Assembly (NCBI GenBank): GCA_965112735.1 | Contig: OZ218959.1 | Coordinates: 2,480,001-2,544,000, forward strand | Origin: Phaeosaccion multiseriatum | Taxonomy: Eukaryota > Protista > Ochrophyta, other classes | Reading direction: 5' to 3' | Length of the DNA stretch: 64,000 nt | Shown: positions 63,227 through 64,000 of the stretch, piece after piece | Numbering within the stretch: position 1 is the first letter of the stretch | How the letters are laid out: each line of letters starts with the position of its first letter | The notes under the pieces: model-generated | Database searches by the model: none | The model's input: the letters and a program-made list of their open reading frames with translations, nothing else | What the model was told of the DNA's origin: nothing | Translations under genes and position numbers: made by a program

Positions 63227-63641
63227 TCAGCCCCATGCACGCCTAGCGGTTTTGCTCTAGGCCGCTAGGCCGCTCGGCCTTCGGCCGCCCTAGGCCGCGC
63301 ACTTTTCAGTCCTAGGCGGCCTCTAGCCCGCCTCTAGGGAGCCTCCCAGTGACCGTGGGCGCGTGCGTGGTGCCGCCCAGCCAGTGGATAGCAGCACACC
63401 TGTAGGCCTGCACTCCTCGTAGGGCCAGCAAAGCAACACCAATTCTCCTCCTCCTCCAATCCCCCCTTTTGCTTAAGACTGACTATTCTTTGCACTCTGG
63501 GCACTCCCACCGTCTGCCTAGTTGGCGTCTGCCCTAGGCCGCCTAGGCGGCGGCTTAAAAATAGGCCGAGGGCCTACGGCCCTCGCTAGGCCGGGCAATT
63601 TTCCCAAATAGGCCTAGGCCGCTAGGCGTGCATGGGGCTGA
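63227..63641. mobile_element. MITE-like TIR element, 415 bp
   Basis: Perfect 23-bp TIR TCAGCCCCATGCACGCCTAGCGG / CCGCTAGGCGTGCATGGGGCTGA, with subterminal CTAGGCC repeats. No TSD visible. Confidence 0.8.
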
Positions 63642-64000
63642 CAACTCGCACACCACCGATCCAACGAAAGAAGAGAGAGAGCAAGAAGCAGAGAGCCAGA
63701 CTTTACCAAAAGCACAAGGAGGAAGGGGGGAGGAGGACTAGGGGCGATGCGGGGTCCGCTTCCTTCGGTGGGCCCATCAGCCACTGATTCCAACCCTCAC
63801 GGCACGACCGCACCGGGAGCCAAGGGAGCCTAGAGGCTGCACCACTCTACACCGCAAGCCAGGGACGGTGCAGGGACAGTGCCGAGGGGGTCCTTCGGGA
63901 GACCTGTCAGCATAAACTGGAAACTGGAAAAAGACAAAGGCCTTCCCCTCTCTCTCTTCTTCCGTCACGGTATTATAATCTTCCGTCCACACACACACAC

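Noticed and set aside
62217-64000. Possible further gene in the last 1.8 kb
   Set aside because: Only short ORFs and isolated splice-like sites; no coherent model could be built.

Overview
Gene-dense, intron-rich eukaryotic nuclear DNA with GT-AG introns packed with microsatellites. Bipartite plastid-targeting presequences (signal peptide then A-F) on a fibrillin and an Era GTPase point to an alga with a secondary red plastid, probably an ochrophyte (inference). About 15 genes can be assembled by hand across introns. In order: an unknown low-complexity gene; an NAD kinase fused to an NCS/CBL-type EF-hand pair; a very large HSF-domain transcription factor; PAP/fibrillin; an ABC1-kinase pseudogene fragment; a Cys-less E2/UEV-like protein; a candidate Zn-dependent deaminase; a GT60-type GlcNAc transferase; WDR27; Era; a membrane cyclophilin-like protein; dephospho-CoA kinase; TMEM245; an unknown protein; a cationic amino-acid transporter; mitochondrial bL20; and an intronless EGF + multi-TM protein. 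There are also two related non-autonomous TIR elements with TC...GA termini. One has a perfect 6-bp TSD and carries a probable nested insertion containing a 1.2-kb (GGGA)n array. The strongest candidates for new biology are the deaminase-like protein (HxE-x27-CCxxC, visible only after splicing) and the EF-hand-NAD kinase fusion. All gene models are manual, with no database searches or RNA data.
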